IMG/VR virus record: IMGVR_UViG_2585427756_000019
Direction: 5' to 3' (one strand)
Source: a virus
Taxonomy: Duplodnaviria; Heunggongvirae; Uroviricota; Caudoviricetes
DNA length: 14,349 bases
Shown here: piece by piece, positions 1 to 6,659 of the stretch
Layout: each line of letters begins with the position of its first letter
How positions within the stretch are numbered: the first letter of the stretch is position 1
Notes under the pieces: model-generated
Database searches by the model: none
Told to the model about the DNA's origin: nothing
What the model saw: the letters and a program-made list of their open reading frames with translations, nothing else
Program-made: the position numbers and the translations under genes

Positions 1-176
1 TATACGCGCTGTATCTCTTTCTTCAGCCAGTCATCGCGCTGCGCACGGGCACTGCGTTTATCCGGATGATGTCGCTGTTGCTGACAGTGGTAATACGTTG
101 ACGGGGCAATATGCAGTTCGCTGCATAGCGGTCCGACCCCGTACTGCTCACGCAGCTTATCCAGCAGTGGCATCAT
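1..176 (-). CDS. IS3-family transposase OrfB, N-terminal part only (truncated by window edge)
   Basis: Minus-strand translation from 176 gives [58 protein letters not shown]..., a conserved IS3-family OrfB N-terminus. It is in the -1 frame overlapping the OrfA stop. Confidence 0.8.
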   Translation of the reverse strand, partial: MMPLLDKLREQYGVGPLCSELHIAPSTYYHCQQQRHHPDKRSARAQRDDWLKKEIQRV

Positions 177-499
177 TTTTTCCAGAGGCGGTCGAACTCC
201 GCCTTCGCAAAATAAGCGGAAGCCTGGCGAAGGATATCGTTACTGCGGCGCAGTTCACGATTTTCACGCTCCAGCTCTTTCAGACGCTGACGTTCAGCGG
301 TGGTGAGCCCTCCATCACCGCCCCCGGTATCCCGCTCATGCTGGCGAACCCAGACACGCAGAGTCTCCGGCGTACAGCCAATCTTTGGAGCAATGGAACA
401 AATTGTCGCCCATTGTGAGTCATATTCGCCCTGACTTTCCAGAACCATACGGACTGCCCGTTGACGGACTTCAGGGGAAAAACGAGTATTTTTAGTCAT
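173..499 (-). CDS. IS3-family transposase OrfA (helix-turn-helix and leucine-zipper subunit), IS629-like
   Basis: The 108-aa [59 protein letters not shown]... matches my recollection of IS629/IS1203 OrfA. It starts 5 bp inside the inverted repeat after an AGGA ribosome-binding site. Confidence 0.9.
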   Translation of the reverse strand: MTKNTRFSPEVRQRAVRMVLESQGEYDSQWATICSIAPKIGCTPETLRVWVRQHERDTGGGDGGLTTAERQRLKELERENRELRRSNDILRQASAYFAKAEFDRLWKK

Positions 500-553
500 C
501 CTGTTTACCTCTTTCTCAGGAAGTTTAGTCTCCAGGATTCCCGGGGCGGTTCA

Positions 554-1253
554 AACTGTACGTCGACTGATACAGCGGATTAACGAGATAATGATTTACG
601 CTGTAAACACTGGTCTGATTGATGCCAATCCAGCATCGGGGGTTGGGATGGCCTTTGAGAAGCCCAAAAAGCAAAACATGCCAACATTGCGGCCAGAAGA
701 ATTGCCGAAGCTGATGCGTTCTTTAGCTATGTCAAACCTATCTGTTTCGACTCGCTGTCTCATTGAATGGCAACTCCTGACACTTGTGCGTCCTTCTGAA
801 GCCTCTGGTGCTCGTTGGGCAGAGCTCGATCTTGATACAAAGCTCTGGACTATTCCGGCAGAGAGAATGAAAGCCAAACGAGAGCACATTGTTCCTTTAT
901 CACCCCAAGCTTTAGATATTTTGGAAGTGATGAAGCCCATCAGTGCTCATCGTGAACATATTTTTCCTAGCAGAAATGATCCTAAGCAATCAATGAATAG
1001 CCAAACTGCTAATGCAGCTTTAAAACGTATTGGTTTTGGAGGAAAGCTAGTTGCTCATGGCCTCCGATCTATTGCAAGTACAGCAATGAATGAAGCTGGG
1101 TTCAATGCGGATGTTATTGAAGCAGCTTTAGCTCACAGTGATAAAAATGAAGTTCGTAAAGCCTATAATCGTTCAACCTACCTGGTTCAAAGAAAAGATT
1201 TAATGAACTGGTGGGGATTATTTTGTATTAGTTCGAAGAGTGTGAATAAATGA
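554..1253 (+). pseudogene. int: P4-family tyrosine integrase, C-terminal catalytic part only; 5' part separated by the IS insertion
   Basis: The reading frame is open from the first base after the IS repeat (554) to the stop at 1251-1253. It contains the HxxR box (HGLRS) and the C-terminal VRKAYNRSTYLVQRKDLMNWW motif typical of P4-type integrases. The ATG at 591 in the ORF track is only the first in-frame Met. Confidence 0.8.
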
Positions 1254-2887
1254 ATACTTATAAGCAAACCATTAAACAAAAATCAAGATTAAACATATGG
1301 GAAACAGCTATCGCAAGGTTGACAACCCAAGCTGAGAGCTCAAGAATCTTAGAATCAAACTATTTAACAAATCTTATAGATTTTTGTTGGAAAGATACAC
1401 TAAATCAAGTTGCTATATATGATGAGAGCATTGTATTACGCAATGGTTATAATTGGGTGCAAAAAATAAGTGATAGTTATAAACCTAAAGCTGCAAGTGA
1501 ACTAAAGATTGCTTTCTTTTGCGGCCCTGAACCAGAAAATGACTTGGATATACTCTTATCATTAGATGTTAGAATAGAAAATATCTGGGCTTTTGAAATT
1601 GATAACAATTCATATAACACTGCCTTACAAAAAGCTAAAGAGTTCTATCCAAAATTAAAAATATTCCCTGGTTCTATTGGGGAGTTTTTTAAAACCACAC
1701 ATCATACCTTTGATATTATTTACCTTGATTTTACAAGTTCGTTATTGACTAAAAAGAGCCCTCCCCTTGGAGTAATAAACTCTGTATTTGACAATCAGGC
1801 CCTATCAGACTTAGGGGTGTTAATTGTAAACTCTTGCGAACCCGATGCTAACGAAGATAACGCAACATTTCTTGCAAGTTATTTCATGAATCACGAAATA
1901 ATTGAATCATCTGTAATTAACAAAACTAATGATGATGATTATGATGATAACTATGATTATTTTTCACTTTTTATTGAATCCCCCACATCACAAGGATACG
2001 ATGATATAAAGTCATTAGCAAAAGTTATAAAGACTAACATATCCGGAGCGTACTCTGCCTTTTCAACAAGTTATGTAATGCACTATGCTTCAATGATTAG
2101 TCCAACACTTCGTTTTCTACAAAATAACTCATTAAAAAGACAATTATTTAATGATAAAAAAGCTGAAGTAACTGCAACCTTTGCAGAAATTGGATCAACT
2201 GACTTTTTCAAAACATTAATATCAACAGATGGTGAAGCATCGTCCCCCTCCATTTTAGGAAACAGATTCCTAGATAATGAAAGCTACCCATTCTGGAATT
2301 TCATTGATTCATTAAATGGCTCAGGAACAAGTATTTCATCTTACTTTAAGAGCTTTTTCACCACCGCTAAAGAAGGTGTATCCATTTTAAATGCCGTGCA
2401 ATTTCGGGAATCATTTCACTCAATGCTTACAGGAGCTAGAAAGCTATTATCTCAGCGAATGCTCAATGCAATACCCCAAATAATAAAAGCAATTCCTGAT
2501 GCTAGAGGTGGTTTATTCTGTGACATTCCTTTACCCCACCTTTGGTTAGAGGTGGCACTTAATCAGTTAGGTGCACCATACCATGTAAACGTGAAAATGC
2601 ATAATCGATGGAAATATAAAGCAAAAACTCGCACAATGCATACGGACTTATTTGTTTTTGATAGATGCAGAGGTTTTTATGACTCAATGCCTATGATAGA
2701 TCAATACGAAACGATTCTTACTAACATCGAAGAACAAATTTTCGCTAGGTGTTGTATTGATATTATTGGTAAGCAATGTCGTTGGCCAACTCCAAAACTT
2801 TATTTTGGTTCGAACCTAATTGGAATAAACGAGTCTGATTGGTCTGAGTTCGCCGAACTTCGTGAAAGAGAAATTATAAAAGAATAA
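1250..2887 (+). CDS. Hypothetical 545-aa protein of unrecognised family; cargo gene in the int-cos slot of the satellite (candidate anti-phage defence protein)
   Basis: Long uninterrupted ORF whose ATG overlaps the integrase stop (ATGA at 1250-1253). Spot counts give about 22-32% GC, against clearly GC-rich backbone. The N-terminal third shows a beta-alpha alternation with FFCGPEPEND and FDIIYLDF motifs (Rossmann or methyltransferase-like, tentative). There is an acidic DDDYDDNYDYF tract mid-protein. No family assigned. Confidence 0.8.
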   Translation: MNTYKQTIKQKSRLNIWETAIARLTTQAESSRILESNYLTNLIDFCWKDTLNQVAIYDESIVLRNGYNWVQKISDSYKPKAASELKIAFFCGPEPENDLDILLSLDVRIENIWAFEIDNNSYNTALQKAKEFYPKLKIFPGSIGEFFKTTHHTFDIIYLDFTSSLLTKKSPPLGVINSVFDNQALSDLGVLIVNSCEPDANEDNATFLASYFMNHEIIESSVINKTNDDDYDDNYDYFSLFIESPTSQGYDDIKSLAKVIKTNISGAYSAFSTSYVMHYASMISPTLRFLQNNSLKRQLFNDKKAEVTATFAEIGSTDFFKTLISTDGEASSPSILGNRFLDNESYPFWNFIDSLNGSGTSISSYFKSFFTTAKEGVSILNAVQFRESFHSMLTGARKLLSQRMLNAIPQIIKAIPDARGGLFCDIPLPHLWLEVALNQLGAPYHVNVKMHNRWKYKAKTRTMHTDLFVFDRCRGFYDSMPMIDQYETILTNIEEQIFARCCIDIIGKQCRWPTPKLYFGSNLIGINESDWSEFAELREREIIKE

Positions 2888-2902
2888 ATCTCCACGCGCG
2901 CA

Positions 2903-2921
2903 GTGCTTTCCCCGCCTCGCC
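2903..2921. other. cos: P2/P4 cos cohesive-end sequence (19 nt)
   Basis: GTGCTTTCCCCGCCTCGCC is the exact reverse complement of the P2/P4 cohesive end GGCGAGGCGGGGAAAGCAC (recalled). It lies between the cargo gene and psu, as in P4. Confidence 0.8.
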
Positions 2922-2945
2922 CCCCCCCTTTGCGGGGGGGGTTTT
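2920..2945 (+). terminator. G/C homopolymer hairpin (C9-tttgc-G8) followed by TTTT; possible terminator for the cargo gene and/or part of the cos packaging region
   Basis: Run of 9 C at 2920-2928, loop TTTGC, run of 8 G at 2934-2941, then TTTT at 2942-2945. Confidence 0.4.
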
Positions 2946-3023
2946 AATGCAGTTGCACTGACACGCTCAGACCGCGCCGGGAATGGCGCGGTTTGCAGAA
3001 AATGAGGCAGGGAAACGCATGCA

Positions 3024-3056
3024 AAGCCATGCACCTTATCGATGCATGGCTTTTTT
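3024..3056. terminator. Stem-loop with flanking T/A tracts between the convergent cargo gene and psu; candidate bidirectional terminator
   Basis: AAGCCATGCA (3024-3033), 9-nt loop, TGCATGGCTT (3043-3052), followed by a T run to 3056 on the plus strand. On the minus strand it is followed by TTTG. Confidence 0.45.
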
Positions 3057-3086
3057 CAGTAAAAACGGGCGGATTTTCGGGGAATT

Positions 3087-3659
3087 TTACACTGACTGAC
3101 GTGATGCAAGTTGCGCACTTTTACGCGAAAAAATCATGTTCTGCGCAGGGGTGAATTTTTCACGGCTGTCATCCACCGAAGCCACGTCAGGCCTGAATCC
3201 GATGGTCGTTAAAATGTCGCTATCCTGTGCGGAATAATTAATTTTTTCACCCTTCGCAAGCCAGGACAGAAGGGCTTCACGCAGGGCATCTGTGGCACGC
3301 TGTATGGCACAGTTTCGGGCAATGGCCGTCAGCTCACTGTAGCCCATCAGCTCCGGTGCCAGTGCGGCCGCCAGTACTGTGCCGTGCTGCTGCATAAAAT
3401 CATTCAGCCGGTCGCGGATGCTGATGTGCTGAACGGCTTCATGCGAACGAATATAACGACCGGCGGCCTGATTCACCTGCCATTTTCTGACTTCGATAAT
3501 ATTGCGTAATTCGTCCAGGCGGCTGACGTTTCTGCCTTCTCCTGACAGAAGCCGCAGATATTCCTGTTCGGCCGCTGCCAGCTCATTTTTGCGTTGCAGC
3601 CATGCTGCTTTGTTATTCTGACAGGTGTCAAAGGCCTGCTGTAAGGCTGTGCTTTCCAT
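3087..3659 (-). CDS. psu: Polarity suppression protein Psu (capsid decoration / Rho antagonist), P4-like
   Basis: 190-aa ORF beginning MESTALQQAFDTCQNNKAAWLQRKNELAAAEQEYLRLL..., matching P4 Psu in length and recalled sequence. It is last in the sid-delta-psu operon. Confidence 0.9.
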   Translation of the reverse strand: MESTALQQAFDTCQNNKAAWLQRKNELAAAEQEYLRLLSGEGRNVSRLDELRNIIEVRKWQVNQAAGRYIRSHEAVQHISIRDRLNDFMQQHGTVLAAALAPELMGYSELTAIARNCAIQRATDALREALLSWLAKGEKINYSAQDSDILTTIGFRPDVASVDDSREKFTPAQNMIFSRKSAQLASRQSV

Positions 3660-3732
3660 CGTTATCTCTTTCTCATCATGCTGAAGAATAAAAATACGGT
3701 GTGCGGCGACGGCCGGGGTTAACCGGCAGCCC

Positions 3733-4233
3733 TCATTCCAGACGCAGCGAATATGATTGTGTTTTTAACCGTACTGGCGGCAGTTCCTGTTTTTCATGCA
3801 GGCGTTCTGCCAGTTCGTCCGGCGTGACCGGGCGGACAATGAAGCGGGTGATGGTCTGAAGCGTTTTAAACACCAGACCACAGTCCGGATCCGTGCACAC
3901 ATAAAAACGCTCGGTGACTTCCTGAGACAGACGCCGCGATGTTCTTGACAGCGCAAGGCCTTTACATCTCCGACAACAATATCCGGTAACAAGCATTCTT
4001 TTCGGGCGTTTCATACTGCCGGAGGCTGACGTCAGTGAATCGCGGTATCTCTGTTTGCCTGAAATGTATTCCATTCCTGAATCTTTACTGTCAGAGAAAA
4101 AGCTTTCACTCGCTTCAAATGTCGCAGAGCAATAAATATTCCGGCACTGTGCAATCATTATCTTGGTGCCATCGTCCATGAAATGTGCGCGACGGGTGTG
4201 AGCAACATGTCCACACGACGGGCAGTAAATCAT
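3733..4233 (-). CDS. delta: Delta late-gene transcriptional activator (tandem Ogr-like zinc-finger domains), P4-like
   Basis: 166 aa with two Cys-rich Ogr-type modules (MIYCPSCGHVAHTRRAH...QCRNIYCSATF and ...YCCRRCKG...YVCTDPDCGLVF). Its start overlaps the sid stop (ATGA at 4230-4233). Confidence 0.9.
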   Translation of the reverse strand: MIYCPSCGHVAHTRRAHFMDDGTKIMIAQCRNIYCSATFEASESFFSDSKDSGMEYISGKQRYRDSLTSASGSMKRPKRMLVTGYCCRRCKGLALSRTSRRLSQEVTERFYVCTDPDCGLVFKTLQTITRFIVRPVTPDELAERLHEKQELPPVRLKTQSYSLRLE

Positions 4234-4964
4234 GACAGCAGTCCTCTGGCCTTAAGCTCTGCTCCCTGCTGGTCTATTTTGTCCTGCCACACCTTGCGCT
4301 GTGCCGGTGTGCCTGCCACCTCATAATCCATGTGCGGGAGTGTTGCCGCTGACAGTCCGGTCAGCCGGAGAACCGGCTCGCCGGTGAGGCTGATTTGCAT
4401 CTGTTTAATTTTCTGTTCCAGCGATGATTTCACCTGCTGCATGACAGCTTTATCGGGTGCGACGTAGCCCTGATGGCCGGTGGTGTTGGCGAGCGGATTT
4501 TCCTGTACCAGGATACTCAGATGCATTGCCCGGACAAGCGCCTCACAGGTTTCATTCAGGGCGTGTTCCAGCTCATGCTCTGCATACAGACTCAGAAGGT
4601 GATGATGTGCCTTCCGGTAGGCGGTGGCCGTGCTGTCACACGCCCCTTTCAGGCGTTCACGTTCGAAATTCAGCACCACGGCCAGATTGTCATATTCCTG
4701 TACCAGCTCCCGGCGTGCCACGCGCTCAATGTGGCGCTGTTTCAGCTCGTCGCTCAGGACACCACCGGCTGCACGAAAGGCCGTGCGCCAGTCGTCAGCG
4801 TCGTTTCCGTTGGCCTGCGTCAGCGCATTTTTTTCCTGCTCTGCCCGTTCAATGGCCGTGATGGTCTCATCCATCAGGCGGGCGTTCTCAAGATGAGCGG
4901 CTCTGGCCTTTTCCAGTTGTGCCAGTGCGGGTTGCAGATATTCAGGGATGGTGTTGTCAGACAT
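4230..4964 (-). CDS. sid: Sid external scaffold / capsid size determination protein, P4-like
   Basis: Start assigned to the second Met (MSDNTIPEYLQPALAQLEKARAAH...), which gives 244 aa as in P4 Sid and is preceded by GAGGAG at 7-nt spacing. The upstream ATG at 4982 overlaps that ribosome-binding site. Confidence 0.9.
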   Translation of the reverse strand: MSDNTIPEYLQPALAQLEKARAAHLENARLMDETITAIERAEQEKNALTQANGNDADDWRTAFRAAGGVLSDELKQRHIERVARRELVQEYDNLAVVLNFERERLKGACDSTATAYRKAHHHLLSLYAEHELEHALNETCEALVRAMHLSILVQENPLANTTGHQGYVAPDKAVMQQVKSSLEQKIKQMQISLTGEPVLRLTGLSAATLPHMDYEVAGTPAQRKVWQDKIDQQGAELKARGLLS

Positions 4965-5036
4965 TTTCCGGCTCCTCGTCACTTCAGGTTAAGAAAATTG
5001 TGACGTACACCGGACAACAACACGACGCATTGCAGA

Positions 5037-5054
5037 TGTGCCAGCCCTGACACA
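5037..5054 (-). promoter_or_regulatory. Psid-type late promoter activator site: TGT-N12-ACA dyad (Ogr/Delta binding element)
   Basis: TGTgccagccctgacACA has perfect TGT-N12-ACA spacing. On the minus strand a CACAAT -10-like hexamer lies about 46 nt downstream of the dyad centre, putting the dyad near -55 of a predicted start about 27 nt upstream of the sid ATG. Confidence 0.55.
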
Positions 5055-5133
5055 GGAGACTCATCCTCACACCGGCAAGCCAGGAAAAGGTCGCAGGAAA
5101 AACCGGCTTACTGTTTGTTTTTTTATATTTTAC

Positions 5134-5237
5134 TGTTCACCTCTGTTCACCATAAGAAAAAAGATAAGTAATACAGTAAGTTAAAGGGTGAACAATCGCA
5201 GTAATGACTGTTCACCGTCTGTTCACCACTGTTCACC
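5134..5237. repeat. ori: ori-like iteron cluster: six copies of the octamer TGTTCACC (five direct, one inverted), candidate alpha-protein binding sites
   Basis: TGTTCACC at 5134-5141, 5144-5151, 5209-5216, 5220-5227 and 5230-5237; GGTGAACA (inverted) at 5187-5194. This matches the recalled P4 ori with six type I repeats, located between Psid and the rightward operon. Confidence 0.7.
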
Positions 5238-5516
5238 CGTTGATGGGCTTTTTGTGCTGTTTATTACTGTTTATTTTTATTAATTCGCCGGGAATGAATA
5301 AGAAAAAACGATTTGTATTTCACTATAAAAATTACGAATTGCTTTAAGTGGCTTTAAATGACTTTAAGTGGAGATGAACAAAAAACACACAAGCATTGTA
5401 AGGCTGCCGGAACAAATCCCCCCTGTTGCGTCTGCCAAAAATATTCACAAAATAAAGCGCTACCCGAAGCCGGACGGACTTATCCGGTGCTGTATGGACA
5501 TTAACGAGGTAGCCCG

Positions 5517-5783
5517 ATGCAAGCTGTTTTTTCTTCCCCGTCTCCCGCCCCTGTGACGCCACTGATGCCGCTGCCGGACATCACGCAGGAACGTTTTTTA
5601 CGTCTGCCGGAAGTAATGCACCTGTGCGGCCTGTCACGCTCGACCATCTATGAACTCATCCGTAAGGGGGAATTTCCGCCGCAGGTGAGTCTTGGCGGTA
5701 AAAATGTGGCCTGGCTGCACTCTGAAGTCACCGCATGGATGGCCGGGCGCATTGCCGGACGCAAACGGGGGTACGACGCATGA
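5517..5783 (+). CDS. vis: AlpA/Vis-family small DNA-binding protein (excisionase / transcriptional regulator), P4 orf88-like
   Basis: 88 aa with a GAGG ribosome-binding site 7 nt upstream. The core [47 protein letters not shown] is characteristic of the AlpA helix-turn-helix family. Confidence 0.8.
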   Translation: MQAVFSSPSPAPVTPLMPLPDITQERFLRLPEVMHLCGLSRSTIYELIRKGEFPPQVSLGGKNVAWLHSEVTAWMAGRIAGRKRGYDA

Positions 5784-5875
5784 TGATGCCCGCTCTGCAA
5801 AAACTCCCTTTTTCTGGCTTGCCTTTTTTCGGCATTTGCGGATATAGTTTTCCCGCTGCCGCAAAATCGGCAGCC

Positions 5876-6171
5876 GGGCGTGGAAACCCGAGCAATCTAA
5901 CGGCGACATATGACGCGCCATGCGTCTTTTTTTGTGTCGCAATCAACGCCACAGAGCGCCAGATTATGGTGTGGTGTGTGGTCAGTCGAGCAGATGGCAC
6001 TCCGTGCATCCTGCCCGCGTCCGCTCATTATGCCGCAGGGTCAATGGTAGCTCAGGCGGGGCAGCCTCCGGGCTGGCCGGTATCCGTTAGAGCCGGTATT
6101 TCCACCCCCGTCTGGGCTATCGCCATCGAGCGTGGAAACTCCGGCGATAGCGTAACCTGCTATCTAACGGA
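5876..6171 (+). ncRNA. cI: Putative P4-type RNA immunity leader (cI-like RNA region with seqA / seqB / seqC complementary elements); boundaries approximate
   Basis: Two similar segments containing CGTGGAAAC...ATCTAACGG (5876-5903 and 6129-6171) flank a segment CCGTTAGAGCCGGTATTTCCACCC (6085-6108) that is largely their reverse complement. This recalls the seqA-seqB-seqC arrangement of the P4 immunity region downstream of vis. Confidence 0.35.
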
Positions 6172-6181
6172 GGCTGCCATC

Positions 6182-6379
6182 ATGGCTACAACCCTTACCC
6201 CTTCACACCCTGAATTTGTCTTTGTGTTTGCGGCTGTCCGTCGCGCAGACCGTCATCCCCGTATCTGCATGCTTCGCACCGTCGCCGGTGATGAACGCAG
6301 TGCCCGCCGTTCCCTTGTCCGTGACTATGTGCTCTCCCTTGCTGCCCGTCTGCCGGTGGTGGAGGTGTCCCGTGCGTAA
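6182..6379 (+). CDS. Small hypothetical protein of the satellite left operon (position of P4 kil/eta); 65 aa
   Basis: ATG preceded by GGAGG at about 8 nt. The stop overlaps the start of the next ORF. The ORF-track 214-aa call (5735-6379) is an over-extension through GC-rich sequence. Confidence 0.4.
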   Translation: MATTLTPSHPEFVFVFAAVRRADRHPRICMLRTVAGDERSARRSLVRDYVLSLAARLPVVEVSRA

Positions 6380-6659
6380 TAAAAAAGCCCCTCAGACCGT
6401 CTCAGCACGTCATGACGCCCGTGAACACCTCAGCATTGAGGCTTACCATAAGCTCAACCGCGCCAGCGCCGTATCCCAGTTTGTTGGGGGTGATTTGATT
6501 CACCGTGAACTCTCCGGCCTGCATCAGCTCTACATTCCGCATATTTTCAGCTACCTGAATGAAGATATTGATTTTGTGCTGAATGAGCTGAAAGCCAAAG
6601 GCCTGTGCCGCGATTTTCTCGCCCAGCAGAAAGACCGGGGAGACAGGACGCATGTTTGA
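6372..6659 (+). CDS. Epsilon-like small protein (P4 helper-derepression protein position); 95 aa from a GTG start
   Basis: GTG start 4-5 nt after GGAGGTG. The 95-aa product ([28 protein letters not shown]...) agrees in length and position with my recollection of P4 epsilon. Its stop overlaps the next start. Confidence 0.5.
   Translation: MRNKKAPQTVSARHDAREHLSIEAYHKLNRASAVSQFVGGDLIHRELSGLHQLYIPHIFSYLNEDIDFVLNELKAKGLCRDFLAQQKDRGDRTHV

Larger units (their letters stand above)
1..553 (-). mobile_element. Partial IS3-family insertion sequence (IS629-like); left terminal inverted repeat ends at 553, element continues beyond window start
   Basis: Bases 529-553 are the reverse complement of the IS629-type terminal repeat TGAACCGCCCCGGGAATCCTGGAGA (recalled from memory). 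OrfA and the start of OrfB lie on the minus strand in the -1 overlapping arrangement typical of IS3-family elements. Confidence 0.85.

Noticed and set aside
98-418. 106-aa plus-strand ORF inside the IS element
   Set aside because: Antisense to the IS3-family transposase OrfA/OrfB, which have clear family signatures; antisense-frame artefact.
596-940. 114-aa minus-strand ORF overlapping the integrase
   Set aside because: Lies opposite the integrase reading frame, which carries conserved catalytic motifs; no ribosome-binding site noted.
2816-3034. 72-aa minus-strand ORF spanning cos and the homopolymer hairpin
   Set aside because: Overlaps the cargo gene 3' end and runs through the cos and G/C homopolymer region; its composition is driven by the hairpin, not coding.
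3765-3992. 75-aa minus-strand ORF inside delta
   Set aside because: Alternative frame within the delta gene, whose zinc-finger motifs identify the real frame.
4457-5003. Three plus-strand ORFs (134, 176 and 90 aa) across sid
   Set aside because: All antisense to sid in GC-rich sequence where stop codons are rare; no family features.
4999-5016. Second TGT-N12-ACA dyad close to the sid start
   Set aside because: It overlaps the predicted -10 region and start site and is too close to the sid ATG to sit at -55; probably a chance match, the dyad at 5037-5054 being the functional candidate.
5344-5562. 72-aa minus-strand and 62-aa plus-strand ORFs upstream of and overlapping vis
   Set aside because: They lie in the AT-rich promoter/operator region and overlap the vis start; no ribosome-binding site or recognisable motifs, so more likely regulatory DNA.
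5634-6009. 102-aa and 93-aa minus-strand ORFs
   Set aside because: Antisense to vis and the putative immunity leader; GC-rich open-frame artefacts.
5735-6379. 214-aa plus-strand ORF
   Set aside because: Over-extended frame through the GC-rich leader. Only its last 65 codons (from 6182, with a GGAGG ribosome-binding site) look like a real small gene; the upstream part overlaps vis and the putative RNA-immunity elements.
6216-6659. 147-aa version of the epsilon-like ORF
   Set aside because: The 5' extension overlaps the preceding small gene in another frame; GTG at 6372 after GGAGGTG is the more plausible start.
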